Program-made: the position numbers and the translations under genes
Notes under the pieces: model-generated
Told to the model about the DNA's origin: nothing
Databases searched by the model: none
Seen by the model: only the letters and a program-made list of their open reading frames with translations
In this document: one piece after another, positions 32,559 to 42,603 of the stretch
Layout: every line of letters begins with the position of its first letter
How positions within the stretch are numbered: position 1 is the stretch's first letter
Assembly (NCBI GenBank): GCA_035575515.1
Contig: DATLXU010000127.1
Location: 97,356-161,355, forward strand
Length of the DNA: 64,000 nucleotides
Source of the DNA: Blastocatellia bacterium
GTDB taxonomy: Bacteria; Acidobacteriota; Blastocatellia; UBA7656
Direction of reading: 5' to 3'

Positions 32559-33095
32559 ATGGGGGTAGCCGAACAAGCCATTTCTTTCGTGAGCGCGAAC
32601 CGCAAAGCTCTGCGTTTTCTCGCGCTGTTCGCGCTCGCGTTCGGCGTGTGCTATTTTGTGTTCGGGATAGCGCCGGGCGTGCGGCGCGGACTGATCAAGC
32701 CGTACACGGAGTTATTAGCGAAAGCGGTCGCTGCGATAATCAACCTGTTCGGCGCGGGCGCAACCGCTGATGGAACAATCGTTGGGTCGCCTGAGTTTTC
32801 CGTCAACATTGCAATGGGCTGCGACGGCGTGGAAGCGTCGAGCCTCTTTCTGGCCGGAGTGCTTGCGTTTCCGACTACGCGGCGAGCGAAGCTTTTAGGA
32901 TTAGCGATTGGCGTTCCGCTCATTCAAGTGATTAATCTCGCGCGCCTTGTCGGGTTATACTACGCGGGCCTGATAGTGCCGTCGGCGATTGAAGGAATAC
33001 ATGTCTATGTCGCCCAAACCGTCGTCATCCTCCTGTCGACAGCCATCCTTATCGTCTGGCTCGAACGATTTGCCATTCGAGCCGGGAAAACATAA
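32559..33095 (+). CDS. Short exosortase/archaeosortase-family transmembrane protein
   Basis: Polytopic membrane protein with a Cys-containing motif AMGCDGVEASS (cf. exosortase CSGLRS) and IQVINLARLVGLY (cf. the conserved N-x-x-R); immediately follows the IPTL-CTERM-like substrate gene. Confidence 0.55.
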   Translation: MGVAEQAISFVSANRKALRFLALFALAFGVCYFVFGIAPGVRRGLIKPYTELLAKAVAAIINLFGAGATADGTIVGSPEFSVNIAMGCDGVEASSLFLAGVLAFPTTRRAKLLGLAIGVPLIQVINLARLVGLYYAGLIVPSAIEGIHVYVAQTVVILLSTAILIVWLERFAIRAGKT

Positions 33096-33735
33096 ATGGC
33101 TGCGGCTCGTGCTGCTGGCCATTGGCCTGTATCTTATCTTCATTCCAGTATGGCTCCTCACGCTCAATGCCATTGCATGGTTTGCCGCAACCGTCGCGCA
33201 GTGGATTTATCTGCTGTTAGACCCGCTCATCTCAATCAAAGCTAACGGCAACACGGTTGATGTAGTCGTGATGGCATCTGCTCAGAGCGGCTTCGGCGGG
33301 CAGGTCTATTCGCAGCCGCTGAGAGTCGACACGGTGACTTACGGACTGCCCGTGATAGCGGCGCTCGTTCTGGTCACGCGCGCCGATTCGACTCGCGCGA
33401 AGCTGCGCGCGCTTGCAATCGGAATGATCGTAATGCTTGTGACGAGCGTGCCTGCTGTGATGATGTGGGCGAAGCTTACGAGCCTTCAACTTGAAGAGCA
33501 GCTGGCGCGAGCAGCGATGAGCACAAGCGGCGACCGTTCGAGCTTTTTCTATTACGCATTTCACGGCTACGCATTCTCGCAGCCGGTCATCGCTGTTGCG
33601 GTGTGGCTCGCGCTCTTGATGTTCGGATTATTCAAAGATAAAAAGAAGCAGCCTTTGTCGCAAGCAATCGCCCGCAACGTGCCCTGCCCCTGCGGCAGCG
33701 GGAGGAAGTATAAGCGATGCTGCGGGCGCGCGTGA
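32989..33735 (+). CDS. Polytopic membrane protein ending in a SEC-C metal-binding motif; start uncertain, may be frame-linked to the upstream exosortase gene
   Basis: Several TM helices; C-terminus [14 protein letters not shown] is a SEC-C motif; the N-terminal ~35 codons overlap the 3' end of the exosortase-family gene. Confidence 0.45.
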   Translation: MKEYMSMSPKPSSSSCRQPSLSSGSNDLPFEPGKHKWLRLVLLAIGLYLIFIPVWLLTLNAIAWFAATVAQWIYLLLDPLISIKANGNTVDVVVMASAQSGFGGQVYSQPLRVDTVTYGLPVIAALVLVTRADSTRAKLRALAIGMIVMLVTSVPAVMMWAKLTSLQLEEQLARAAMSTSGDRSSFFYYAFHGYAFSQPVIAVAVWLALLMFGLFKDKKKQPLSQAIARNVPCPCGSGRKYKRCCGRA

Positions 33736-33742
33736 CGACTCG

Positions 33743-34573
33743 TTGTCGGAAGCGATTTCATCAGAAATAGACAATCTCAACGCGGAGGCAAACTTGAACT
33801 GGCAAGATTTATTGAAGCTCGGCGGCATTGCAATCGTTGTCGTAGGGCTTGCGCTCAGGTGGCGCACGACCGTCGTTGTACTTGTGGCGGCGCTCGTGAC
33901 GGGCATCGCTGCGGGGCTGCCGCTGTTTTCCGATCAGGGAGTTTTTCATTCAATTCCGTTCCTGACAAAGCCCGGACAGGAAGGAATCATAAACACGCTC
34001 GGCAAGGAGTTCGTGAAGAATCGGCTGATGACGCTCTTTATCATCACGCTTCCGGCCATAGGACTGTCGGAACGCTTCGGGCTGCAGGAGCAATCAGCCG
34101 CGCTCATTCGCCGCATCAGCGCGGCAACCGTCGGGCGACTCCAGATCGTCTATCAGTTCTTTCGCGTGCTGATTGGAATCACGGGCATAAGGGTCAACGG
34201 TCATCCGTCGTTCGTTCGCCCGATGGTCTTTCCGATGTCTGTTGGCGCAGCCGAAGCTGCGCTCGAAGTTAAGAGCGCCGATGATGTGCCGGAAGAGTTG
34301 GTCGAGGAGATCAAAGCGGCAAACGCGGCGAGCGAGAACTACGGGAATTTTTATGGCCAGAACCTCAACCCTGTTCAGGCGGGCATTCTTCTCGTTCTTA
34401 CGAACCTGAACGGGGTGATGGAAAAGGTCGGCTACGACAAGCGAGTTGACGCTTTTACGCTTGTGCTGTTCGCCATACCCATCACAAGTATATCGGTCAT
34501 TTTAGGAGCGGCTCAATTCCTGCTCTTTGACAGGCGGATCAAAAGAAGAAAAGCGGCTGGCAATAGGTCATGA
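33743..34573 (+). CDS. DUF969-family membrane protein
   Basis: Polytopic membrane protein; a gene pair with the downstream DUF979-like protein, and the stop overlaps its start. Confidence 0.55.
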   Translation: MSEAISSEIDNLNAEANLNWQDLLKLGGIAIVVVGLALRWRTTVVVLVAALVTGIAAGLPLFSDQGVFHSIPFLTKPGQEGIINTLGKEFVKNRLMTLFIITLPAIGLSERFGLQEQSAALIRRISAATVGRLQIVYQFFRVLIGITGIRVNGHPSFVRPMVFPMSVGAAEAALEVKSADDVPEELVEEIKAANAASENYGNFYGQNLNPVQAGILLVLTNLNGVMEKVGYDKRVDAFTLVLFAIPITSISVILGAAQFLLFDRRIKRRKAAGNRS

Positions 34574-35547
34574 TGTTTGCAACTATTCTTTCATCGCTGG
34601 CGAAAGCGGTCTTCAGCCTCGAAGCGGTTTACATAATGACGGGCGCGGTGCTGCTCGTCTTTGCCGCGATGACTTTTCGCGACCGTCAGAACCCGCGACG
34701 ACTTGGCAGCGCGCTTTTCTGGCTCATACTCGGATTGATATTCGCGCTTGGCAGCCTGCTTGAGTCATGGATAGTCGGATTGCTCATCATCGCGATGGTC
34801 GCGCTCGACGGCGCGGGCCGCGTCACTCGCGGCAGCCACAAAGAAGCCACAAAGCAAGAGCAGATCGCGAACGCGAGCCGATTGCGATACAAAATCTTTC
34901 TGCCCGTGCTGGCCATCCCTGTTGTCACCTTTGCGTTTGCGATTGCGTTTCTAAGTCTCGGCCTCAACGTCACGGACGGCGCGCTAGTCGGACTCGGCTT
35001 CGGAGGCGTCGCAGCAATGATCGTTTGCCTGAGGCTCACGGGCAGCAGCGCGCGACTGATGATGCAGGATGGCCGGCGGCTCAACGATGCGATGGGCACG
35101 CTGAACATATTGCCTCAGTTGCTCGCGTCGCTCGGAGTCATCTTCACCGCCGCAGGCGTTGGCAACTTGATAGCGAAAGGAATCATTCAGGTAGTCCCGG
35201 CGAATAACCTGTTCCTGCTCGTGCTCGCGAATTGTCTCGGCATGGCGATGTTCACGATAGTGACAGGCAATTCGTTTGCGGCTTTTCCTGTGATTGCTTC
35301 GGGCGTGCTTGTGCCGCTGCTCATCGTGCCGTATGACGTGAATCCGGCTATGGTCGGAATCATCACGCTGACGGCAGGCTCAAGCGGGACGCTGATGACT
35401 CCAATGGCGGCGAATTTTAATATAGTGCCTGCGGCGCTACTGGATATGCGCGATCAGTATGGCGTTATAAAATTTCAACTGCCGTTCGCGCTCGTAATCT
35501 GGTCATTGCACGTCGTGCTGATGTGGCTGATGATAAAACTGTTTTAG
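34570..35547 (+). CDS. DUF979-family membrane protein
   Basis: Polytopic membrane protein typical of the DUF969/DUF979 paired families. Confidence 0.55.
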   Translation: MMFATILSSLAKAVFSLEAVYIMTGAVLLVFAAMTFRDRQNPRRLGSALFWLILGLIFALGSLLESWIVGLLIIAMVALDGAGRVTRGSHKEATKQEQIANASRLRYKIFLPVLAIPVVTFAFAIAFLSLGLNVTDGALVGLGFGGVAAMIVCLRLTGSSARLMMQDGRRLNDAMGTLNILPQLLASLGVIFTAAGVGNLIAKGIIQVVPANNLFLLVLANCLGMAMFTIVTGNSFAAFPVIASGVLVPLLIVPYDVNPAMVGIITLTAGSSGTLMTPMAANFNIVPAALLDMRDQYGVIKFQLPFALVIWSLHVVLMWLMIKLF

Positions 35548-35832
35548 GTTTCGGGTTCCGGCTTCAGGGTTCGGGAGTAAGAGCTCTTGTATTAATCAGC
35601 TTTCCCTGAATGTGAAACTCGGAGTCAGATTTTATTTGATTACTTCCGAGCGATGTTGTATAACGAAGTTGTCACGTCTATCGGTCTTGGAAATCCCTGT
35701 GCCAAGTTCTGATTGATTCGATGGCGAGGTTCGAGCCTGTCTCGGACGCGACAGACGAATTACGTCAACCAAAGGCTGCCTTCACAGTCTCAAAAAGAAT
35801 AAATACGCTTGCTGTTTATGAGAGGAGATTCT

Positions 35833-36249
35833 ATGTCAGACAGAAAATACAAACAACGCGGCTATCAGGATGAAGAGAGAGAGCAAAAGCCGCGCCCGGC
35901 AAATACGCAAAAGAGCGATGTGCGCTCGCCGAAGATGCCCGCCTTTCACGAAGTGACTCGGTGCGCGCTTTGCGGCACGCCTATAAATATCGAAGTCGGA
36001 GGCATCGCGCTCGATGCGCAGTGCCCGAAGTGCCACAGCGATCTGCATTCGTGCAAGAACTGCATAAGCTTCGATCCCGGCGCGCGTTTCCAGTGCCGCA
36101 AGCCTGTCACCGAGCGCATAGCGAAAAAAGATATCAGAAACGAGTGCGCGCTTTTCGAGCCGCGAAAGACTATCGAGCGCGAGACTACGGCTGCGACCGT
36201 GAGCGCAAAAGACCCCCGCTCGGCATTCGACAAGCTCTTCAAGATTTAA
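35833..36249 (+). CDS. Hypothetical zinc-ribbon protein
   Basis: CALCG...CPKCHSDLHSCKNC...C Cys clusters; N-terminal basic region. Confidence 0.45.
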   Translation: MSDRKYKQRGYQDEEREQKPRPANTQKSDVRSPKMPAFHEVTRCALCGTPINIEVGGIALDAQCPKCHSDLHSCKNCISFDPGARFQCRKPVTERIAKKDIRNECALFEPRKTIERETTAATVSAKDPRSAFDKLFKI

Positions 36250-36379
36250 TCATCTCCCGCTTCGGTCGCGCGGCCCGAATGGCTTGAGCGCAGTAATCGC
36301 CCCACGCTGCGCTCTCGGCGTTTAACCACATTCAAGAATCAACCCGAGCTTGTTGCGCGAGAGATTGCTGCGCGCGTCG

Positions 36380-37273
36380 TCAATCGGCGGCTGGGATGAA
36401 CCTGCGCACCAAAAGCCGGTACGCCGCCGCGCCGATGAGCGCGCCCACAATTGGCGCAACGATGTAGAGCCACCACTCGTTGCCGCGCGGGCCGGGAAAT
36501 GCGATTGAACCAAAGCCCGCAAGATAAGCGAACAGGCGCGGGCCGAAATCGCGCACGGGGTTCACGGCATCCATAGTGAGCGCCCCGCCCATCCCAACTA
36601 TCGCGGTGACCGTCAGGCCAATAAAAATCGGGCCAAGCCCCGCTTGCGGGAGCGCGGGGCTTTTCGGTTCGGTCAGCGCAAAGATCATCAGCAGCAGAAA
36701 GATCGTAAGCACTGCTTCAATAAAAAAAGCCGTGCCTGCGCTGACCGTCGCCATTGCCGCTGCGTCCGTGCCTACGCCGCCGGGATTAGGATAGAAGCAC
36801 GAAAAGACCATCATCAATTTCTGGCTGCCCGCCGCGCCGATTTCAACATTGAGCTTCTGAGCCGCATTCGCCCAGAAGCCCGACCACATCGCATAGACCG
36901 CAGCCGCGCCAGCGAACGCGCCCGCCGTCTGGCTGATGATGTAAGGCGCAACTCTCTTCAACGGAAAGCCGCGAAACGCAGTCATCGCAATCGTGACCGC
37001 AGGGTTGAAATGCGCGCCCGAAGAAGGCGCGGCGACATATATGCCGAATGTGACGGCGAGTCCCCACATCACGGCAACCCCCCATCCATCAATCGCGCCC
37101 GTAAAGACCGCAGCCGCGACAGCTCCATCGCCTACGAGGATAACTATGAACGTGCCAATGAATTCTGCAAGGCACGCGCCCGTGAGCGACGTGGCGAGTA
37201 TATCGTTTCCCTTCTCGCTTGCTTCTTCAACGGTCTTTGTTTCGATTGCAGCCTGTGCCATCAATAACCTCAC
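36380..37273 (-). CDS. Aquaporin / glycerol-uptake facilitator (MIP family)
   Basis: Two NPA-box regions: SGAHFNPAVT and NPVRDFGPR. Confidence 0.85.
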   Translation of the reverse strand: MRLLMAQAAIETKTVEEASEKGNDILATSLTGACLAEFIGTFIVILVGDGAVAAAVFTGAIDGWGVAVMWGLAVTFGIYVAAPSSGAHFNPAVTIAMTAFRGFPLKRVAPYIISQTAGAFAGAAAVYAMWSGFWANAAQKLNVEIGAAGSQKLMMVFSCFYPNPGGVGTDAAAMATVSAGTAFFIEAVLTIFLLLMIFALTEPKSPALPQAGLGPIFIGLTVTAIVGMGGALTMDAVNPVRDFGPRLFAYLAGFGSIAFPGPRGNEWWLYIVAPIVGALIGAAAYRLLVRRFIPAAD

Positions 37274-37359
37274 AACGGTTTAGGATTTTAGATTTTGGAT
37301 TGGCGGAGTTGGATCGTATTTAAGTGCAGAGGCTCTGCTTCTTCGATCCAAAATCCAAG
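37274..37359. repeat. Intergenic heptamer-repeat palindrome (ttggatt)n ... (aatccaa)n
   Basis: taggattttagattttggattggcggagttggatcg ... cgatccaaaatccaag; same heptamer subfamily as 56370-56479 and 62940-63051. Confidence 0.7.
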
Positions 37360-39846
37360 TCAGATGATTTTTTGTGCCACTTGAAGCACGCGCCAGTATG
37401 CGCGGCGAGCAACGCCGGGCCAGCTTCCGTTCAACACGGGCGTGGCGCGCGTCGCCGCTGATTCGTTCCAGCGGTTAGACCAGCCCGATAAATCCCACAG
37501 CAGGTCTGCGCCCTTCAAACCTAAATTTGTTAATTGCTCAGTCGGGCTGCGACCATTGGGCGGATAGCGATCCGCGTCTTTTTCGTCGCCGAATTTATTA
37601 TCGTGAATCCAGTTGTTTTCGGGCGTGGGACCGACATCGAAAGCCGTCCCCTTCGGAAAGATTATTTCGAGACTCACGACCGCGACGCCGAAGCTGTTGT
37701 TGCCGCAGACCGTGTTAGCGGTGACTTCGGTATTGTCTGCGGCCATTATCAAAATGCCCGTGCCCGGCTGAACGTTCGACACGATGGCGTTCGGATTGCC
37801 GAAGTTGACATGGTTATTAGCAATCACTCGATTGTTGCGAACGATGCAATCGCGCCCGACCTTCGAGACGTTGTTCGGCAGCACGAAAACCAGTATGCCG
37901 CCCGTGTTGTTCGTGACTTCGTTTTCTTCGACGACAGCGTTGATTGAGTTTTCAATCTCGATGCCGGTGACGCTGTCGTGAGCTTTGCATCTTCTGACAG
38001 CAATATCGCGCGACTGGCCAACGTAAATCGCGGCGTCGGCTATGCCTGACGCTTCAACATCTTCGATCGTCACGCCCGTGCAGCTCACGGGATAAACGCC
38101 GTACAGCCCCGTCTTATCAACTCGCAAATTGCGAAAGAGAGGGCGGAAGGCGTGCTGCACGACAACGCCGTTTGCGGTGTAGTTCTTCACGTCGAAGTTT
38201 TCGATGTGAAAATCGCTGCCCGTCGCAATCACCGCGTCGGACAAAATATCCTTCCCGTCGAAGACTGGCCGCGATGGATTTGATTGCGCATCGGTCGCTC
38301 CGATCAAAGTTATGCGGTCAAGATCAACGCTGATTGATTCGTGATAAACACCGGGCATGACGCGGATCGTATCGCCGGGTATCGCGCGATTGACCGCATC
38401 TTGAATTGACTCGCCCGACTTCACAGTGATCGTCTGCGGCTCGCTGCGGTTGGCGAACTGCTCGGCGGGCGAACCTGTGTTGAATTGCCGGGCAAGCTCG
38501 CGCGCAGGATTGTTCAATCGTGGCACGACGACGAGGCCCGAAGGCACGCGGTCGGGAATCTGCGGCAGATTCGATTCATCCGTGAGCGCGTAGAGGAACG
38601 CAATCAAATCCTGCTTCTCTTCTTTGGTGATCGTGTAGGTGTGAATCTTGTCGTCAATGCGAATCGTTTTTGCCTCAAGCCCGCGTTTGAATTCGTCGGA
38701 AAGCTCGCTTTTGAACGGCTCGCCTGAGCCTCCACCTGCGGCGTAAAAATCGAGCACCTCTTCGAGAGTCTTAAAGCGACCGTTGTGCATGTAAGGCGCG
38801 TTGAGCGCGACGTTGCGGAGCGTCGGCACTTTGAAGGCGAACTTGTTGCCTTCGCCCTTTGTCACGTCGAAGCGACCGAGATCGGGTTGCTTCGCATCGG
38901 TATCGGGCACGCCAATTATTTTGAAATCGCGGTTGGCAAACGTCGGCAGCCCGTGACACTCAAAGCAGCGCGTGCGGCCTGATCGAAACAGGTTGAAGCC
39001 GCGAATCTGCGACGCAGTGAGCGCCGTGCGGTCACCATTGACGTAGCGATCAAAGGGCGAATTGTTGGCCGTAAGCGTCCGCTCGAACGCGGCTATCGCT
39101 TTGACGACGTTATCGAACGTTACGCCTGCGCCGTCGCTTGCGCCGAAAGCTGAGTCGAACGCTTTCGCGTATTCAGGGATGGCTTTGAGTTCGCGAACGA
39201 GGTTGTCGGGGTCTTCGGCCATCTCGTCGGCGCTTGTGATCGGGCCTCTGGCCTGTTCTTCGAGGTCTGCGGCACGGCCATCCCAGAATTGCATGTGATT
39301 ATAAGCCGCGTTCCAGATAGTCGGCGCGCTGCGACGTATCGCGGTTCCGCCCGCGCGCTCAGGCCCAAGCCCGCGCCCGCCTCTGCCCATCGAGAGCGGG
39401 CGCGCGTCTGTGAATCCAAGGTCGGGATGATGACACGTCGCGCAGGAGATGTCATTTGCGCCCGAAAGAATTGGATCGAAGAATAACAAGCGGCCAAGCG
39501 CGACGCGCTCGTTGAACTTTGGATTATTGATGTCGTTGTCTGCGCGAACGACCATCGCGGGGAACGGGCGGCGAAGCCCGCCGCCGCCTTCCGCAACGCC
39601 CGCCGTGCCTTCATCGCCCACGAAGTCTTTCGGCATAGGCCACAGACCAAGAGCGAGCAGCGTGGCGAAGATAAGGGCGAGCGGTATGAAAATCCATTTC
39701 ATCCAGCGGCGTCGCGACCGGGCGCGCGGCTGGCTTTCTTCCATCTCGATTTGTTGCGCAGATGCGGTCATAGGGTTCGTGCCTCCGTGATGAATCGAAA
39801 GAAAGCTGAGAAGCGGCCAAGCGATTATATTGAACGCGCCGCGCAA
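37360..39846 (-). CDS. Di-heme cytochrome c peroxidase (CCP/MauG family) fused to a C-terminal right-handed parallel beta-helix (NosD/pectin-lyase-like) domain
   Basis: Two CxxCH motifs (CATCHH, CFECHG) in a CCP-like fold with PYMHNG; C-terminal ~350 aa of 22-25-residue beta-helix repeats ([29 protein letters not shown]). Confidence 0.75.
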   Translation of the reverse strand: MRGAFNIIAWPLLSFLSIHHGGTNPMTASAQQIEMEESQPRARSRRRWMKWIFIPLALIFATLLALGLWPMPKDFVGDEGTAGVAEGGGGLRRPFPAMVVRADNDINNPKFNERVALGRLLFFDPILSGANDISCATCHHPDLGFTDARPLSMGRGGRGLGPERAGGTAIRRSAPTIWNAAYNHMQFWDGRAADLEEQARGPITSADEMAEDPDNLVRELKAIPEYAKAFDSAFGASDGAGVTFDNVVKAIAAFERTLTANNSPFDRYVNGDRTALTASQIRGFNLFRSGRTRCFECHGLPTFANRDFKIIGVPDTDAKQPDLGRFDVTKGEGNKFAFKVPTLRNVALNAPYMHNGRFKTLEEVLDFYAAGGGSGEPFKSELSDEFKRGLEAKTIRIDDKIHTYTITKEEKQDLIAFLYALTDESNLPQIPDRVPSGLVVVPRLNNPARELARQFNTGSPAEQFANRSEPQTITVKSGESIQDAVNRAIPGDTIRVMPGVYHESISVDLDRITLIGATDAQSNPSRPVFDGKDILSDAVIATGSDFHIENFDVKNYTANGVVVQHAFRPLFRNLRVDKTGLYGVYPVSCTGVTIEDVEASGIADAAIYVGQSRDIAVRRCKAHDSVTGIEIENSINAVVEENEVTNNTGGILVFVLPNNVSKVGRDCIVRNNRVIANNHVNFGNPNAIVSNVQPGTGILIMAADNTEVTANTVCGNNSFGVAVVSLEIIFPKGTAFDVGPTPENNWIHDNKFGDEKDADRYPPNGRSPTEQLTNLGLKGADLLWDLSGWSNRWNESAATRATPVLNGSWPGVARRAYWRVLQVAQKII

Positions 39847-40042
39847 GTCAAAGCGATTAACGCTCAGGTTAAGAGTCCGGCCTTCAGGCTATTCGTAAGC
39901 ACGCTAATGCGTGAACTCTGAGCTTCGCTCCGCGCATAACGGAGCAATAACACAAATGGTACTTTTCGGCATACTGGAATCGGGTTAGAATCTCTGTCGC
40001 CATCGAAGCAATCAATCGCACTTTTATGATTTAGAGAGCGGA

Positions 40043-40447
40043 ATGAATAATAGAAGAGAACTGAAGAGCGAGTACAAACAAACCCATACAAGGATGGGCG
40101 TCTATCAAATACGCAGCCTCGTCAACGGCAAAGTATTGATAGGCGTCGCGCTCAATCTGACGGGTATTCTCAACAGCAATAGATTCCAGCTTGAGATGGG
40201 AAGCCACGCGAACCGAAAGCTCCAAGCTGAGTGGAAAGAATTTGGCAGCGAAAATTTCGCATTTGAAGCGCTGGACGAACTCGCGGCGACCGAAGGAGCA
40301 GATTACGATTATAAGCCTGACCCGGCGTTCCTTGAGGAGATGTGGCTTGGGAAGTTGGAGCCTTACGGCGAGCGCGGGTATAACGAAAAGAAAAAAGGTA
40401 GAGAAGAAAAACTGAGGCAGATAGCGCGGAATCGCATGAGCAATTAA
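40043..40447 (+). CDS. Stand-alone GIY-YIG nuclease-domain protein
   Basis: GVYQIRSLVNGKVLIGVALNL...RF...H.NRKLQAEWKEFG matches the GIY-YIG catalytic core (cf. I-TevI GIYQIKN..NKVYVGSA...R...H); low-GC neighbourhood. Confidence 0.6.
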   Translation: MNNRRELKSEYKQTHTRMGVYQIRSLVNGKVLIGVALNLTGILNSNRFQLEMGSHANRKLQAEWKEFGSENFAFEALDELAATEGADYDYKPDPAFLEEMWLGKLEPYGERGYNEKKKGREEKLRQIARNRMSN

Positions 40448-40487
40448 CAAGGTGTGGAGCGCGCTAATGAAATAAATCGCGCTCAGG

Positions 40488-42065
40488 TTGATGCAGGTAT
40501 CAAAGCGCAGTAAGAAGTTTGATTTTATGTTGAAGAAATTTTTCGCTCTACTGTTTATCGCAGCCGCCTTTGGTTTCGTCGCGTTCAACGCGCGCACGAT
40601 GAGCGCGGCTGCCGCTGATGCGCCAACGTTCAGTAACGAAGTCGTTCGCATCTTTCAACGCAACTGCCAGGTCTGCCATCACGCGGGCGACATCGCGCCG
40701 TTTTCGCTGATGAGCTATCAGGAGGCGCGGCCCTACGCTTCGCGCATAAAAGAAAAAACCGCATCGCGTGAGATGCCGCCGTGGAAACCTGTACCCGGGT
40801 GCGGCGAGTTTGAAGGCGAGCGAAGATTAACCGACGAAGAGATTGACACCGTCGCGCGATGGGTTAATGCGGGCGCGCCCGAAGGCAACTCATCGGATTT
40901 GCCTGAGCCTTTACGGTTCGATGGCGGGTGGACCATCGGCCAGCCCGATTTGGTATTGCAGCCTGACGCGGACTACACGGTGAAACCGGGCAATGATGTT
41001 TATCGCTGCTTCTCGATTCCGACAGACCTGCGCGGCGACCGCTACGTTTCTGCGGTTGAAATCAAGCCGGGCAATCGCGAGGTTGTTCATCACGTCATCA
41101 TCTATCTCGACACGACGGGCGAATCAAAGCGGCTCGACGACGCAGACCCTGAGCCGGGCTACACTTCATTCGGCGGGCCGGGCTTTGCCGCGACGGGCAC
41201 GCTCGGCGGTTGGGCTCCCGGCGCTCGCGCGCGGTACGAACCCGACGGCAACGGTTGGCTTCTGCCCAAAGATGCGCGCGTCGTGATTCAGGTTCACTAT
41301 CATCCGCACACGGCTGATTCGGAAACTGATCGCACGCAGATAGGTCTTTACTTCGCGCGCAAGCCCATTGTTAAAGACATTCAGGTGCTGCCGCTCATCA
41401 ACACAAACTTTTCGATTCCGGCGGGCGACCCGCACTATCGAGTCACGGCTTTGGCCATCATCCCGCCCGGCGCAAACGCTCACATTCTCGGAATCGCGCC
41501 ACACATGCACCTGCTCGGACGCGAAATGAATGTCGAAGCGCGATTGCCGAATGGTACGACCGAGTGTCTCATCAACATTGACGATTGGGACTTTCACTGG
41601 CAGGGAGTTTATTACTACAAAGAGCCTGTCGCGATCACGCCGTTCACGCAGTTGAGCCTCACAGCTTATTACGACAACTCTGTGAACAATCCGCGAAACC
41701 CGAATTATCCTCCGAAGACTGTTACGTGGGGCGAGCAGACTACGGATGAGATGTGCATCGCATTTTTCCTTTTCACACTCGACGGGCTGAACCATACGCC
41801 ATCATTGCCGCAACTCAACGACGTTTCAGTTGATACGAATGGCAGGTTGATTGTGAGCGGCAGAGGATTTTCGGCGGGCGCGGATATTTTGATTGACGGC
41901 GAGCGCGTACGCGACACCGTGAATCATAAAAAGAAGAAGAAAGCCGAAAAGCAACTCATCTCGAAAGAGGACTGGCAGCGGCTGGCTCCGCCCGGAAAGC
42001 AGGTTATGGTGAGCGTTCTAAACACCGACGGCGTGACGACTGCGACTCTGTCGTTTATGCGATAG
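40488..42065 (+). CDS. Secreted mono-heme cytochrome c domain fused to a PHM/DBH-like copper type II monooxygenase (paralog 1); probable start at 40527
   Basis: N-terminal CQVCHH...MPPW heme-c module (planctomycete-cytochrome-like); His/Met ligand pattern HH(VIIY) - HYHPH - HMH - TTDEMC with PHM-like ~65-75-aa spacing. Confidence 0.65.
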   Translation: MMQVSKRSKKFDFMLKKFFALLFIAAAFGFVAFNARTMSAAAADAPTFSNEVVRIFQRNCQVCHHAGDIAPFSLMSYQEARPYASRIKEKTASREMPPWKPVPGCGEFEGERRLTDEEIDTVARWVNAGAPEGNSSDLPEPLRFDGGWTIGQPDLVLQPDADYTVKPGNDVYRCFSIPTDLRGDRYVSAVEIKPGNREVVHHVIIYLDTTGESKRLDDADPEPGYTSFGGPGFAATGTLGGWAPGARARYEPDGNGWLLPKDARVVIQVHYHPHTADSETDRTQIGLYFARKPIVKDIQVLPLINTNFSIPAGDPHYRVTALAIIPPGANAHILGIAPHMHLLGREMNVEARLPNGTTECLINIDDWDFHWQGVYYYKEPVAITPFTQLSLTAYYDNSVNNPRNPNYPPKTVTWGEQTTDEMCIAFFLFTLDGLNHTPSLPQLNDVSVDTNGRLIVSGRGFSAGADILIDGERVRDTVNHKKKKKAEKQLISKEDWQRLAPPGKQVMVSVLNTDGVTTATLSFMR

Positions 42066-42217
42066 AGTGTGGAGTTCATCATCGCGCTATTGAAAACGAG
42101 TCATGGCTGGTTTATTCTCAGGCGGAAATTATTAGCGATCATAATCAATCATAGCGGTGGGGCCTGATCCTTCATCATCTCAGGTTGGGCAAGAAAAAAA
42201 TCAAACAGGAGGCTTTT

Positions 42218-42475
42218 ATGAAGAGCAAGATTTCTCGTCGCTCAGTTGTAGGCGCAATACTCCCCGCAGCAGCTTTGGGATTGGCTTTGCCAAAGAGGGC
42301 CAGAGCCGCAGACCAACCTCACATGCAGGCTGCGCTCGATGCATTGAAGACTGCTCGCCGCGAACTGGAAGAAGCTACGTCGGACAAGGGAGGACACAGA
42401 GCGAACGCGCTGAAACTGGTCAATCAAGCAATTAATCAGGTCGAAAGAGGCATAGCATTCGACAGACGGCACTGA
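42218..42475 (+). CDS. Small secreted protein with a Tat-like signal (SRRSVVGAILPAAALGLA)
   Basis: Twin-Arg motif plus a hydrophobic region; helical mature part. Confidence 0.4.
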   Translation: MKSKISRRSVVGAILPAAALGLALPKRARAADQPHMQAALDALKTARRELEEATSDKGGHRANALKLVNQAINQVERGIAFDRRH

Positions 42476-42558
42476 CGCCGGCTAAAACTTTCTGACGAAC
42501 AAACGGTGATTCACGCGGTTTGACGATTAATTCATTTCTTGGCAAACCGATGAAACTC

Positions 42559-42603
42559 GGCCCGCCGCTTACTTTCACGTTTTCGGCGGGCCAAAGATTT
42601 TTT
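42559..42603. terminator. Bidirectional terminator hairpin between convergent genes; the psuG stop codon lies in the loop
   Basis: ggcccgccg-N16-cggcgggcc followed by aaagatttttt. Confidence 0.5.

Noticed and set aside
40031-40651. 206-aa minus-strand ORF covering the GIY-YIG gene region
   Set aside because: Low-complexity Phe/Leu-rich translation. The plus-strand GIY-YIG frame has a clear catalytic motif, and the antisense ORF spans the intergenic gap.
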